Shown here one piece after another: positions 49,947-59,150 of a DNA stretch of 64,000 bases. The translations under genes and the position numbers were made by a program. The stretch is taken from assembly GCA_965214935.1 (NCBI GenBank), contig CBDCCS010000018.1, positions 128,001 through 192,000 on the forward strand, written 5' to 3'. The stretch comes from Candidatus Velthaea sp. (lineage in GTDB: Bacteria; Vulcanimicrobiota; Vulcanimicrobiia; Vulcanimicrobiales; Vulcanimicrobiaceae). The notes below the pieces were generated by a model. The model saw only the letters and a list, made by a program, of their open reading frames with translations, was not told the origin of the DNA and did not search any database. The first letter of the stretch is position 1; the number at the start of each line of letters is the position of its first letter.

Positions 49947-51127
49947 AATATCAACGCGGTGCGGCGCTCATCGAGACGGCGATCGCGATGCCGGCGATGT
50001 TGTTGGCGCTCTACGGAGTCACGTGGGGGATTCGCGCCGGAACGGTCTCGGAACGTGCAGAGGCGGCCGTTCGCTATGCGGGCGTCATTTCCGCACAGCA
50101 GAATCCGCAACACGATTACAGCCTCAATACGCTCTACAATAACTTGGGTGATGACGATACCGTCCCGACTTCGCCGTGTGCCGAGCCCAATGCGCTCTAC
50201 CTCAGCGGCGGTGCGCTGCCGAACACGCATCCGCAAAATGGAACGCCCGCGACGCAGACCGTCGTGCCGTCATTCTGGGCTCCGGATGCCGGCTCGATCA
50301 CGCCGGCCTGCGATCACTCAGTGCAGCGTCAGGCGTTTACCGGCAACACCGGCCGGTCGTACTTGCTCTTGCAGAGTGTCCCGGTAATCTCAGCAAATGT
50401 CTCGAACTCCACGCTCTTCTCGAGTTCGGGGCTCTCGACGTTCATCCAGACAAAAGATAAGTTCTATCGCTCGCCCGACCTGTCGACGCTCATGCACTGT
50501 GCAACGGCACTTAACGCCGCCGTGTCGTCGTCGCTCGCTCCGCTCAAATACCCGACTGCCGGCAACGTCAAAGCGCTGGCGCCGAACGACTTCAATCCGC
50601 ACCCGTTTCCGGTAAGCCCGAACTGTTCGACGGGAATCGGGGCGCCGATCGTTCCGCCGCCGCCGGTAACCGGTTACGATCCGCCGGGCACCGTTCCGTC
50701 GACATCGCCGGCTCCGCCGTCATCGCCAAGCCCGACGCCGACGCCGACCAAAGCGCCGACGCCGACGCCGACGCCGCAGCCCACGCTGACGCCGACCGCT
50801 GCGCCGACGGCGAAACCGACGGCCGCCGCAACCGCAACGCCCGCCCCGGCTCCGTCAAGCAGCGGTAACGGTAACGGCGGAAACGGCAACGGCTCGCCGA
50901 CGCCCACGCCAACTCCGACCGGCGCGGGCCCGGCTACGCCGACCCCCGCACCGCCGTGTTGCAGCCCGCCTACAAGCCCGCCGACAGCGGCACCGACAGT
51001 TACACCTGCCACGCCTGTCCCGACGAAGTCGCCGGCAACACCGGTGCCGACCGCTCCGCCGACGCCGGTGCCGACGGTCAGGCCGGTCCCGACACCGACC
51101 GCCGGACCGCCGGGCTCGATCTCCTAG
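49943..51127 (+). CDS. TadE-like pseudopilin with C-terminal Pro/Thr-rich tail
   Basis: MKYQRG|AALIETAIAM; GTGA overlap with upstream stop. Confidence 0.85.
   Translation: MKYQRGAALIETAIAMPAMLLALYGVTWGIRAGTVSERAEAAVRYAGVISAQQNPQHDYSLNTLYNNLGDDDTVPTSPCAEPNALYLSGGALPNTHPQNGTPATQTVVPSFWAPDAGSITPACDHSVQRQAFTGNTGRSYLLLQSVPVISANVSNSTLFSSSGLSTFIQTKDKFYRSPDLSTLMHCATALNAAVSSSLAPLKYPTAGNVKALAPNDFNPHPFPVSPNCSTGIGAPIVPPPPVTGYDPPGTVPSTSPAPPSSPSPTPTPTKAPTPTPTPQPTLTPTAAPTAKPTAAATATPAPAPSSSGNGNGGNGNGSPTPTPTPTGAGPATPTPAPPCCSPPTSPPTAAPTVTPATPVPTKSPATPVPTAPPTPVPTVRPVPTPTAGPPGSIS
50650..51120 (+). repeat. Low-complexity coding repeat (CCGACG-type hexamers; PT/PA-rich, plus GNGNGGNGNG)
   Basis: PSPTPTPTKAPTPTPTPQPTLTPTAAPT...PTPVPT. 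Confidence 0.85.
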
Positions 51128-51158
51128 CCCGGCACACCGGCCGCCGCCGCACTGCGTT

Positions 51159-52388
51159 TCAGGCGCGCAGCGCGGCGATGACCTGGGCGAGACTCGGCGG
51201 CCGGCCGTACAGCAACAAACCCACCCGGTAGACTTTCCCGGCCGCCCAAATAATTGCAACGGTCGCCGCGATGTTGACAACGAGCGACGAGACGATCTGC
51301 CACGCCGGTACCGTGGCCACGGTCATGCGCGTAAACATGACAAACGGCGAGACGAGCGGAACGAGCGAAAGCACGGCGACGTTCGGCGATTGCGGAAACG
51401 CCAGCGCGTATTGGGCCAGAAAAAAACCGCCGACGACCGGAATGACCAGCGGGGCGGCGACGCTGCCTAAGTCTTCGGTGCGGTTGATCAGCGACGCCGC
51501 CGCGGCATACAGCGTCGCGTACTGCATGAAGCCGATCGCGAAGAACAGGACGAAGGCGACCATGACGCCGGCGGAAATAGTGATCGCGCCCGATTCGAGC
51601 GTACCTGCCGCGCCGTGCGCGTGAGTGCCGAACGACGCGACGATGCCCGCCCCGGTTCCCGCGCCGACCAAAATCCAGAGCGTTAGCTGAATGAGGCCGA
51701 TCGCGCCCGCAGCGCCGATTTTGCCCGCCAGCAATTGCGCGGGCGATGTCGTCGCTACAAGGATCTCTGCGATGCGGCTGGTCTTTTCTTCGGCGACCGA
51801 TGTCATGACTGTCTGCGAGTTGAGCAGTATCGACATGTACAACAGAACGACGAGCAGATAAGCGACACCGCGCGCGGCATCGGCCGACGCCGAGTCGACG
51901 AATTTCGCATCGAGGCTTTTGACGCTGAGGTCGAGCGTTAAATACGGCGTCACGCGCGCTAGCGGCGCATTGGTTGCAATGGCAATGTTGAGCGGTATGA
52001 GATCGCGCTCGATCAGAGTGTCGAAGTTGGCCGGATCGCGCGCGTAGGCGGTGACCGCGAGCCGGTGCAGGCGGCGCTCGATGACAATAAACGCGGCGGC
52101 TTTGTGCTGTGCGTTCAAATCGGCCAAAGTCGGCGGCGTTCGGGGGATCGGTAAGCGCGCAACGACCGTGTAGTCGGGGCGCAGTAATTGCGCGGCCGAA
52201 GCGACTAAGCCCGGCTCACCGGCAACGACGATTCGCCGGGTTGCGTTGTCGAAGGCCGAATTGACGAAGCTCGGCAGCGCCGCAAGTCCGACGATCGCCA
52301 ATGCGCCGATGAGACTGCCGACCACGAATGGCCGCGAACGGATCTTACGCAGAAACTCGGCGACGAAAATTATTCCGACGTCGTTCAT
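51159..52388 (-). CDS. ABC-2 exporter permease (NatB/YhaP-like)
   Basis: SVAEEKTSRIAEIL, LLAGK, PLVSPFVMFTR, KVYRVGLLLYG. Confidence 0.9.
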   Translation of the reverse strand: MNDVGIIFVAEFLRKIRSRPFVVGSLIGALAIVGLAALPSFVNSAFDNATRRIVVAGEPGLVASAAQLLRPDYTVVARLPIPRTPPTLADLNAQHKAAAFIVIERRLHRLAVTAYARDPANFDTLIERDLIPLNIAIATNAPLARVTPYLTLDLSVKSLDAKFVDSASADAARGVAYLLVVLLYMSILLNSQTVMTSVAEEKTSRIAEILVATTSPAQLLAGKIGAAGAIGLIQLTLWILVGAGTGAGIVASFGTHAHGAAGTLESGAITISAGVMVAFVLFFAIGFMQYATLYAAAASLINRTEDLGSVAAPLVIPVVGGFFLAQYALAFPQSPNVAVLSLVPLVSPFVMFTRMTVATVPAWQIVSSLVVNIAATVAIIWAAGKVYRVGLLLYGRPPSLAQVIAALRA

Positions 52389-53284
52389 ACCGGTTCGCCG
52401 ATCGAGCGTACGTAGATGTCGTGCAACGACGGCTCGCGCCGCTCGAAGCGGACGACGTCGCCGGCGGCGGTCAAGCGGCGCGCAAGCGCCGGCATATTCA
52501 CGTCACGCGGCAAGTCGAAAGCCAGCGCGCCGTTGTGCACCGGTCGCGCGACCGCGCCGGCTTCGCCCGTAAGGACCGCGGCAAGTTCGGCCGACGCCGG
52601 CTCGACTTCGACGACTCGCGTCGGCCAACTCAAGCGTAAATTGACCAAGGAATCATTCGCGCGTACACTTCCGTTCGCGATGATGCAAACATGCGTGCAG
52701 AGATCCTCGATCTGCCACATTTGATGGCTCGATAATACCAGCGTCATTCCGGCGATCTGCATTTCGCGCAGCACGCCGAGCAAAACGTCGGCATTGACCG
52801 GATCCAGACCCGAGAACGGCTCGTCGAGGATCAGAAACTCGGGCTCGTGCAACGTGGCACAGGCAACTTGAACCTTTTGCTGATTGCCCTTCGAAAGCTC
52901 GGCGCACGGCCGGTCGGCGAATTGAGCGACGCCCAGCCGTTCGAGCCAGAGCGCCGTTCGACGCCCGAGATCGGGCTCGCGCAGCCCGTGCAGACGCCCG
53001 AAATACTTGATTTGATCGCGGACCTTCATCTTGCCGTACAGGCCGCGTTCTTCGGGCAGATAGCCGAAGCGCCGGCGCGTGGCTTGATCGATCGGCCGGC
53101 CTTGCCACGTCACGCGGCCGGCGTCCGGGATGAGTATGCCTAAAATCATCCGCATCGTCGTTGTCTTGCCGGCACCGTTCGGTCCGAGTAACCCGTACGT
53201 TGTACCGGGTGGAATCGTCAGCGAGATGTCACGCACGGCAACGACGTTGCCGAAGCTGCGGTGCACGTTGGTCAGGACGAGCAT
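52385..53284 (-). CDS. ABC exporter ATP-binding protein (NatA/YhaQ-like)
   Basis: GPNGAGKTT, GYLPEERGLY, LSKGNQQK, LILDEPFSGLD, SSH. Confidence 0.95.
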   Translation of the reverse strand: MLVLTNVHRSFGNVVAVRDISLTIPPGTTYGLLGPNGAGKTTTMRMILGILIPDAGRVTWQGRPIDQATRRRFGYLPEERGLYGKMKVRDQIKYFGRLHGLREPDLGRRTALWLERLGVAQFADRPCAELSKGNQQKVQVACATLHEPEFLILDEPFSGLDPVNADVLLGVLREMQIAGMTLVLSSHQMWQIEDLCTHVCIIANGSVRANDSLVNLRLSWPTRVVEVEPASAELAAVLTGEAGAVARPVHNGALAFDLPRDVNMPALARRLTAAGDVVRFERREPSLHDIYVRSIGEPV

Positions 53285-53331
53285 GCGAAACGCATTCCCG
53301 GCGGCGCGAGCGCGTGCCCGCTCTTAGGCGA

Positions 53332-54864
53332 TCAACGTGCCGTCACGAGAATCGTCTTGACGATGGTTTCGCTGCCGGTGCCCTGCGGATAGACCGCAAG
53401 CAATCGGATCGTCGCGGAACTGCGCACGTCGGGGGCGTTGAACGTCGCGCTGCGCTGATGCGGTCCGATCGCCGAGCGGCCGAGTTCGTTGCCTTCAACA
53501 TCGTCGAGGACGAGGTTGAGGCCCGGGACGCTACCGGCGATCTGCACGCTGAACGTCGCGCCGGAGCGTACGACCGGCGGAGCACTGATAGCCGGAACCA
53601 GCGAAGCGGCGCCACCGGAGACCTCGGGACCGGCGTTGGCGCCGTCGGCGGGCGGGCTGGGCGACGTCTGCGGTTCGGCCGTCACTGCGACGCGTGAACG
53701 ACTGACGTTCGAGCCGCGCCGCACGGTCAGCACGACGCTCAAGAAGCGTTCGCTTTGTACGGCCGGCACGGCGAGCGCGACGTGCCCGGAAGCGTCGATG
53801 TCGGCTCGGCCATACGTAATTTGTGCGGCCGGATCGAGCAGCGCGACGGTACCGCTCGTCGCGTCGACATCGTAATAAACGTTGACGCTGCCTCCGCCGC
53901 TGAGCGTTGCGCGGTCGAGCGCAAGCGACCGAATCTGAGGCGGCGCCGGCTCGCGCACACGAGTCGGCGGCACCGCTGACCGCACGTGGACGGCGGGCGC
54001 GGGCACGTGGACGTACGCTTCCGCAACGTCGCCGCCGAGGATGCCTTTCATGGACAGACGCACGAGATACGCACGGCCGGCGCGATCGGGGGGCAAGGTT
54101 ACCTCGAACGAACCCGCGCCGGCGCGAAGCGGACCGGCGGCAACTTCGGCTGCATCGGGACCGCTAACGGAATAGCGAATTGCGCCGAGACCCGTCGCCG
54201 TGTAGCCGATCGCGACGGTATCTGCGGTTCGCGCTTCCGGCGGTACGTGCAGCTCGACGATCTGCGGGCGGAAAATCGTCGCACCGACTCCGGCCATGAG
54301 CGCGAGAAAAAGCAGAAACATCGGGACGGCGGCCGGCGAGCGCGCACCGGGCCGGATACCGTTGCGGCGCTGCTCGAGCGGCGCTTGCGAAGGAGCGTCG
54401 GTCCGCTCGAAGTGCCGCACGTTCGGCGCGCGAACGACGGCCGGTGGCAGCGGTTGACGCGCAGGTTCGACTGCCGCGAGTGCAAACGACGGCGTTTCGG
54501 CCGGGCGGTTCGGAGCGTTCGTGTCGTTGGGTACGATCAACACGAAGCCGATATCTTCGCCGTGGACGTCAATGTGCAAATCCGGAACGTGCTGCAGCGC
54601 CGGACGCTTGAGCTCGACGGTGGTTGAAAAGTCGCACGTGCGCTGCACGCTGCATTGCACGAGCGTCCCGCTGTGCCCGCGTTCCGACGCGATGAATGCG
54701 ACGGCGCGTACGTCGGAATCCGAATCGTTGCGGATGACGATTGAAAATATTAGTGCGCCGTCATCGGTGCCGTGACTGCGCAACACCTGGCATGCGACAC
54801 GGCCGGCCCGGCCCGCCGTCTCGGCGGAGTATGCAATGCTCCGGCCTTCGACGACAGCGCTCAC
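53332..54864 (-). CDS. Hypothetical bitopic membrane protein with beta-rich extracytoplasmic domains
   Basis: 510 aa ORF with genome-like codon usage; single TM MFLLFLALMAGVGATIF; Pro-rich linkers. Confidence 0.7.
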   Translation of the reverse strand: MSAVVEGRSIAYSAETAGRAGRVACQVLRSHGTDDGALIFSIVIRNDSDSDVRAVAFIASERGHSGTLVQCSVQRTCDFSTTVELKRPALQHVPDLHIDVHGEDIGFVLIVPNDTNAPNRPAETPSFALAAVEPARQPLPPAVVRAPNVRHFERTDAPSQAPLEQRRNGIRPGARSPAAVPMFLLFLALMAGVGATIFRPQIVELHVPPEARTADTVAIGYTATGLGAIRYSVSGPDAAEVAAGPLRAGAGSFEVTLPPDRAGRAYLVRLSMKGILGGDVAEAYVHVPAPAVHVRSAVPPTRVREPAPPQIRSLALDRATLSGGGSVNVYYDVDATSGTVALLDPAAQITYGRADIDASGHVALAVPAVQSERFLSVVLTVRRGSNVSRSRVAVTAEPQTSPSPPADGANAGPEVSGGAASLVPAISAPPVVRSGATFSVQIAGSVPGLNLVLDDVEGNELGRSAIGPHQRSATFNAPDVRSSATIRLLAVYPQGTGSETIVKTILVTAR

Positions 54865-54953
54865 CGTGCACCCTTGGTGCTCGCGCGCGGATCGTTCCTG
54901 CGCTCGGTCGCACGCGCGAACGATTGATTACACAAATAAAATGTTTAGCGCGG

Positions 54954-55012
54954 GCGCAACAATTACGTTAGCGGCGCTTGCCAAACAGCCGATCGCGGTG
55001 TTATTGTTGCAC
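54954..55012 (+). promoter_or_regulatory. Sigma70-like promoter flanked by an inverted repeat
   Basis: TTGCCA (54978-83), N18, TATTGT (55002-07) with an extended -10 TG; arms GCAACAAT (54956-63) and ATTGTTGC (55003-10). Confidence 0.55.
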
Positions 55013-55057
55013 GACGCTTATCCGTTGCCGGTTGACCGGCCGGGCAAGAAAGGAGCC

Positions 55058-55144
55058 ATGATGACGATCGTTATTTCAACGAATCCTTACTCGAACGGCA
55101 CGTGCCGATCGATCGATTTTGCCGCGGAGGGTCACGCCTGCTAA
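55058..55144 (+). CDS. Putative leader peptide (28 aa, MMTIVISTNPYSNGTCRSIDFAAEGHAC)
   Basis: Strong AAAGGAG RBS immediately upstream; 3' end base-pairs with the downstream terminator arm. Confidence 0.6.
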   Translation: MMTIVISTNPYSNGTCRSIDFAAEGHAC

Positions 55145-55199
55145 TTGCACCGACAGCGTCGGTTGCATCGTGGCCTCCGCATCTGCCGGAGGTTTTTTT
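55124..55199 (+). promoter_or_regulatory. Attenuator-like switch: antiterminator versus terminator/SD-sequestering hairpin
   Basis: CCTCCG(55174-79)/CGGAGG(55187-92) followed by T7; alternative 12-bp pairing 55124-55136 with 55169-55180. Confidence 0.65.
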
Positions 55200-55400
55200 A
55201 TGCTTAATTTCGTGTTGCTGTGCGAGCTTACACGGCAACGCCGGCGCGCCGTCATGAACGACGTCGCGCTGTGTCACTACGTTCGCAGTCCGCGCGTCGT
55301 TGCCGGACGGGCGCTCGTTGCGCTCGGTGCGCTCGCCGTCTTCGTCGGTACGGCACTCGATGAAGAATCCGAACGAAAACCGGAAATAACGATTGCATGA
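55200..55400 (+). CDS. Small (66 aa) hypothetical protein with one hydrophobic segment
   Basis: GGAGG 7 nt before ATG; MLNFVLLCELTRQRRR...GRALVALGALAVFVGTAL; ATGA overlap with next gene. Confidence 0.65.
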   Translation: MLNFVLLCELTRQRRRAVMNDVALCHYVRSPRVVAGRALVALGALAVFVGTALDEESERKPEITIA

Positions 55401-55912
55401 CCGTTGTAGGCGTCGTTTCCGACACGCATCTCCCGCGTTACGGGCGCGCGTTACCGCGCGCGCTCGTGACCGGCTTGCGGAATGCGGGCGTTCAGCGAAT
55501 CTTGCATTGCGGCGATATGACCGAACTGTTGGCGGTCGATCTGTTTTCGGCCATCGCGCCCGTCGATGCCGTCGCGGGAAATAACGACGGCGACGAAATT
55601 CGTAAGCGTTTTGGCCGTAAGAAAATCTTGCTGATCGAAGGCGTGCGGGTAGGGATGCTGCACGGCGATGCCGGCAAACATGCCGCTCCGCGTAACGCGC
55701 TAGCCGGCTTTGCCGATGAAGCCGTCGACGTCATTTGCTTCGGTCACAGTCATCGGCCGCTGCACGAACGGCACGGCGACCGGGTTTTACTCAATCCCGG
55801 TTCGCCCACCGATAAGCGGATGAACCCGCGCTACTCGTATGCGCTGCTTCGGATCGACGGCGCGCGCGCCGAAGCAACCCTGCACTATTATTTCGATCGC
55901 AGCAGTGCCTGA
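55397..55912 (+). CDS. YfcE/MJ0936-family metallophosphoesterase
   Basis: SDTH, HCGD, AGNND, LHG, FGHSH, LNPGS. Confidence 0.95.
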   Translation: MTVVGVVSDTHLPRYGRALPRALVTGLRNAGVQRILHCGDMTELLAVDLFSAIAPVDAVAGNNDGDEIRKRFGRKKILLIEGVRVGMLHGDAGKHAAPRNALAGFADEAVDVICFGHSHRPLHERHGDRVLLNPGSPTDKRMNPRYSYALLRIDGARAEATLHYYFDRSSA

Positions 55913-56541
55913 TGCCGTCGGGACGGCCGGCCGGCCAACGCTTCGATGCCGTCAATGGGATTACAACCGAAGCACTTATTTTTCTAGGTGAACTCGATCC
56001 GGAGAATGTCGGTCCGGGTATCGAATTTGCGACCCACTATGAAGCCACGCCGGTCGGTGACATCGAACGATTGCTCGATGCGGCGCCGCTGGCGCCCGAA
56101 CGCTCGACCTTCGTCGACATCGGCTCGGGGATGGGCCGCGTTGTGTTCGTTGCGTCGCGGCGACCGTTCCGTCAGATCGTGGGCGTCGAAATCTCGCCGG
56201 CCCTGCATCAGATTGCGCGTGATAACCGCGAACGCTGGCCGCAAGCCGATGTCCGATGTCGGGACGTTCGCCTCGTACGCGCCGACGCGGCAAGCTTTTC
56301 GTTTCCGCGCGGCGATCTCGTCGTTTACCTGTACAACCCGTTCCGAGCCGAAGTGCTCGAACCGGTTCTCGACGCGCTACTACGCGATCCGGACCGGTCG
56401 GTCGTCGTGCTGTATCATACGCCGCTCGAACGCGCTTGTATCGAGGCGCGCGCGGCCTTTACGTGCATCGCCGAACTCCCGTGCGGCGCGGTCTTCGCGG
56501 CCGGCCCATCCGTTTGGCGCAAGGTCGTTCGGGAGCAGTAG
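55912..56541 (+). CDS. Class I SAM-dependent methyltransferase
   Basis: YEATP, FVDIGSGMGR, GVEIS, YLYNPF; TGATG overlap. Confidence 0.9.
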   Translation: MPSGRPAGQRFDAVNGITTEALIFLGELDPENVGPGIEFATHYEATPVGDIERLLDAAPLAPERSTFVDIGSGMGRVVFVASRRPFRQIVGVEISPALHQIARDNRERWPQADVRCRDVRLVRADAASFSFPRGDLVVYLYNPFRAEVLEPVLDALLRDPDRSVVVLYHTPLERACIEARAAFTCIAELPCGAVFAAGPSVWRKVVREQ

Positions 56542-56602
56542 GTCATCGTGGAACGAGCCGATTGCATGCAATAGCGCATCGTCTCCCGGTTACACCCGTA
56601 CC

Positions 56603-57136
56603 GTGCTTCTTTCACGCATCGTTCAATGGGTGGCTTTCGGCGCTGCGCTTGCGTACTGTTCCGGCGCAGTCGTGTTAGTTGCCGCTAAACCGGCGACCGC
56701 GTGCCGCTGGTCCGCTGCGCGAACGTCACTTGCATTGGCCCGCCGCCGGCAGGCGCAGGACGACGAGCCGGCCGCCATGCATGCGTACGTCGCAGCAACA
56801 CGGTCGGTGCTCGGCTGCCGGACCGCGGCGGCCGCAACATTGGGTGCAAACGCGCTCGTTCGGGCGGTCGCTGCATACGGACGCGGCGATTACCGCAACG
56901 TGCGAGAACGCGTCAAAGCCGAGCGGACGACCCTGTTTGCAAACGCCGTCGCGATCGTGCAAACGGTCCATGTCATCGCGTATAACATCGACTTCGCGCA
57001 TCGCACCTTTACAGCGATCGATCGTGCGCTCGAGTCAGCCGAGGGGTTCGCGCTTCCGCTGCGTCCTACGGCTTCGGCCGGCGATTTACCCGGCCGTTTC
57101 GCGGCGGCCGGTTCGCCGGCGCACCGTTCGGATTGA
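56603..57136 (+). CDS. Possible secreted helical hypothetical protein
   Basis: Signal-like N-terminus LLSRIVQWVAFGAALAYC; fills a gap but overlaps the helicase 3' end by ~70 nt. Confidence 0.4.
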   Translation: MLLSRIVQWVAFGAALAYCSGAVVLVAAKPATACRWSAARTSLALARRRQAQDDEPAAMHAYVAATRSVLGCRTAAAATLGANALVRAVAAYGRGDYRNVRERVKAERTTLFANAVAIVQTVHVIAYNIDFAHRTFTAIDRALESAEGFALPLRPTASAGDLPGRFAAAGSPAHRSD

Positions 57137-59009
57137 TGCCGTGCGGGCGTCCGCCGGCTTTGGCGCCGTTTGCGCCGCTCGGAGCCTGCGCCGTACGCGG
57201 CCGTCCCTCGGGAACGGTTGCAATCTGCGTATAGCCTGACAGCATTTCGTCGACTCGCGTATAAGCGCTACCGAGCGCGCCGGGCAGCGAAGACGACTTA
57301 TCGATGACGCGTTCGGGTAAATCGTTCGTGGTATACAAGGTCAAATACAAATCGCCGTCACGCTTAACGTCGATGCGCGAGCGTTCGTACCGAATTGATT
57401 TGGCATCGACATTGAGCATTCGGCGCGCAAAAGATTCGGCGTCCTCATGCGGTGCAATGCGCTTAGCCTCAGCGACCCATTGATCGTAGCGCTTGCCGAA
57501 ATTCGCGATCGGGCGGCCCTTGCGATCGTAGGCAACCTTCTGAGCCGGCAGTTCCATACGCCAGTGATCCATCGGATCGATTGCCGTCCACGTCGGCTTG
57601 ATATCGGGCGGAGCCGAGAACGCGTCGACTTCGGCCAGCAGCGTAATGATGTCATCGGCGCTGCGTACGCGTGCGGCGCGTTTTGGATCGAGTTTGAGCA
57701 GTGCCTCGAACTTCTCAGCGACTTGGGCGGTCATCCGGCCCTGCGCGTCAATTTGCGGCGGCAAGCCGTATAACGACGGTAACGTTACGAGTTGATGGCG
57801 CTGCGCCTGATCGACCAAATCGATGATGATCGCGGCGGGTTTGATGCTTTTTTCGATGAGCTCGCGCCGGTTGAGCGCCGATGTCGTGCTCGACAAGGAA
57901 TTTGCGATTTCGTCGACCGGACGCAACGCCCGGCCGGTGATCTGCGTGTAAAGCGTCGTCGACTTCGTCGGCCGCGCGTTAAGGATGACCTGCACCGATG
58001 GGACGTCAAAGCCTTCGAGGTACAGTCCGCAGTTGACGAGCACATGGGTTTTCCCACTGCGGAAATCACGTACGATACGCTCGCGTTCGGCGCGCGGCGT
58101 CTCGCCGCTGGCCCATTCGGCCTTGATCTCGTTGGCCACAAATTCTTCGGCGACGTCTCGCGCATGCTCGACCGAAGCCGTGAACACGAGTGCTTTCAGA
58201 CCGGCGGTATGCTGTTTATATGACGCGACGATGCGTGCGTTACGATCGACGGTATTGACGGCGGCGGCCAGGGCGCCGATCACAAAATCACCGCCGCGCG
58301 ACGTTACGTTATCTAAATTGGTTGTCGTCGCAACGGCAAACGATTTAACCGGAACGAGATAACCGGCGTCGATGGCTTTGCGCGTATCCATCTCGTAAAC
58401 GATCTTCTCGAAGATATCGATTAAGCGAACGCCGTCGCCGCGATTGGGCGTAGCGGTGAAGCCCATAATCATTGCATCGCTGCGTAGCGCGACGATCCGA
58501 TCGACGATGGCGCGGTATGACGGCGCAGCGGCATGGTGTGCTTCATCGATGATAAAAAGCGCGATGCGCCGTCCGAAACGGGCGGAGAATTCGACGAGGC
58601 GCTTGTCACCCAGCGTTTGTACCGTCGCTACAACGATATCGCTGTCGTCATCGGCCCGGCGTTCGGCTTTCTCGACGCCGATTTTTGCAGCCGGGTTCTC
58701 GGCGCGCATCTTTTCGACGATCTGTTCGATGAGCTCGTCGCGGTGCGCGACCACCAGGGTTACGTCGCCTTCGCGCAGGCCCAAGAGTTTCGGCAGCGTC
58801 GCGATGATAACGGTTTTGCCGCAGCCGGTTGCCAACGAAACGAGTTGCGTTCGAATGCCGCGCTTTCGATGTTCGAGAATCGCCTGCTGCGCTTCAATTT
58901 GATACGGCCGCAGATGCGGAGCCCGCGGTGGCGAATCCACCGCAGCCAGGTTTGCCGAGCGCCGGTTAGGCCGAAATTGATCGGCCGCCGTCGCGTCTTG
59001 CATTGCCAT
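57066..59009 (-). CDS. SF2 DEAH helicase (ResIII/IRC3-YejH-like)
   Basis: LRPYQ, ATGCGKT, IDEAHH, GFTATPNRGD, EGFDVP, QITGRALR. Confidence 0.92.
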   Translation of the reverse strand: MAMQDATAADQFRPNRRSANLAAVDSPPRAPHLRPYQIEAQQAILEHRKRGIRTQLVSLATGCGKTVIIATLPKLLGLREGDVTLVVAHRDELIEQIVEKMRAENPAAKIGVEKAERRADDDSDIVVATVQTLGDKRLVEFSARFGRRIALFIIDEAHHAAAPSYRAIVDRIVALRSDAMIMGFTATPNRGDGVRLIDIFEKIVYEMDTRKAIDAGYLVPVKSFAVATTTNLDNVTSRGGDFVIGALAAAVNTVDRNARIVASYKQHTAGLKALVFTASVEHARDVAEEFVANEIKAEWASGETPRAERERIVRDFRSGKTHVLVNCGLYLEGFDVPSVQVILNARPTKSTTLYTQITGRALRPVDEIANSLSSTTSALNRRELIEKSIKPAAIIIDLVDQAQRHQLVTLPSLYGLPPQIDAQGRMTAQVAEKFEALLKLDPKRAARVRSADDIITLLAEVDAFSAPPDIKPTWTAIDPMDHWRMELPAQKVAYDRKGRPIANFGKRYDQWVAEAKRIAPHEDAESFARRMLNVDAKSIRYERSRIDVKRDGDLYLTLYTTNDLPERVIDKSSSLPGALGSAYTRVDEMLSGYTQIATVPEGRPRTAQAPSGANGAKAGGRPHGINPNGAPANRPPRNGRVNRRPKP

Positions 59010-59028
59010 GACGCCTATACATACGGAG

Positions 59029-59055
59029 CCGCTTCGTCGCTAAACGGCGAAGCGG
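59029..59055. terminator. GC stem-loop between the NTP-transferase and helicase genes
   Basis: CCGCTTCGTCG-CTAAA-CGGCGAAGCGG (11 bp, one G-U). Confidence 0.4.
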
Positions 59056-59150
59056 ATGTGCGAAGTCCGGGTCGAGGCCATACGCCTGCAAGAACCGGTA
59101 CGGTAGTATTTAGACCTTCGTTGCATACAACCCTCGGGCGTAATCGAACT

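Noticed and set aside
50650..51120. Repeats as a possible CRISPR array or non-coding VNTR
   Set aside because: Imperfect in-frame hexamers encoding Pro/Thr; no repeat-spacer structure and no cas genes
57066..59009. Helicase as a restriction or anti-phage system
   Set aside because: No nuclease domain recognised; the nearby methyltransferase lacks DNA MTase motifs and belongs to a convergent operon
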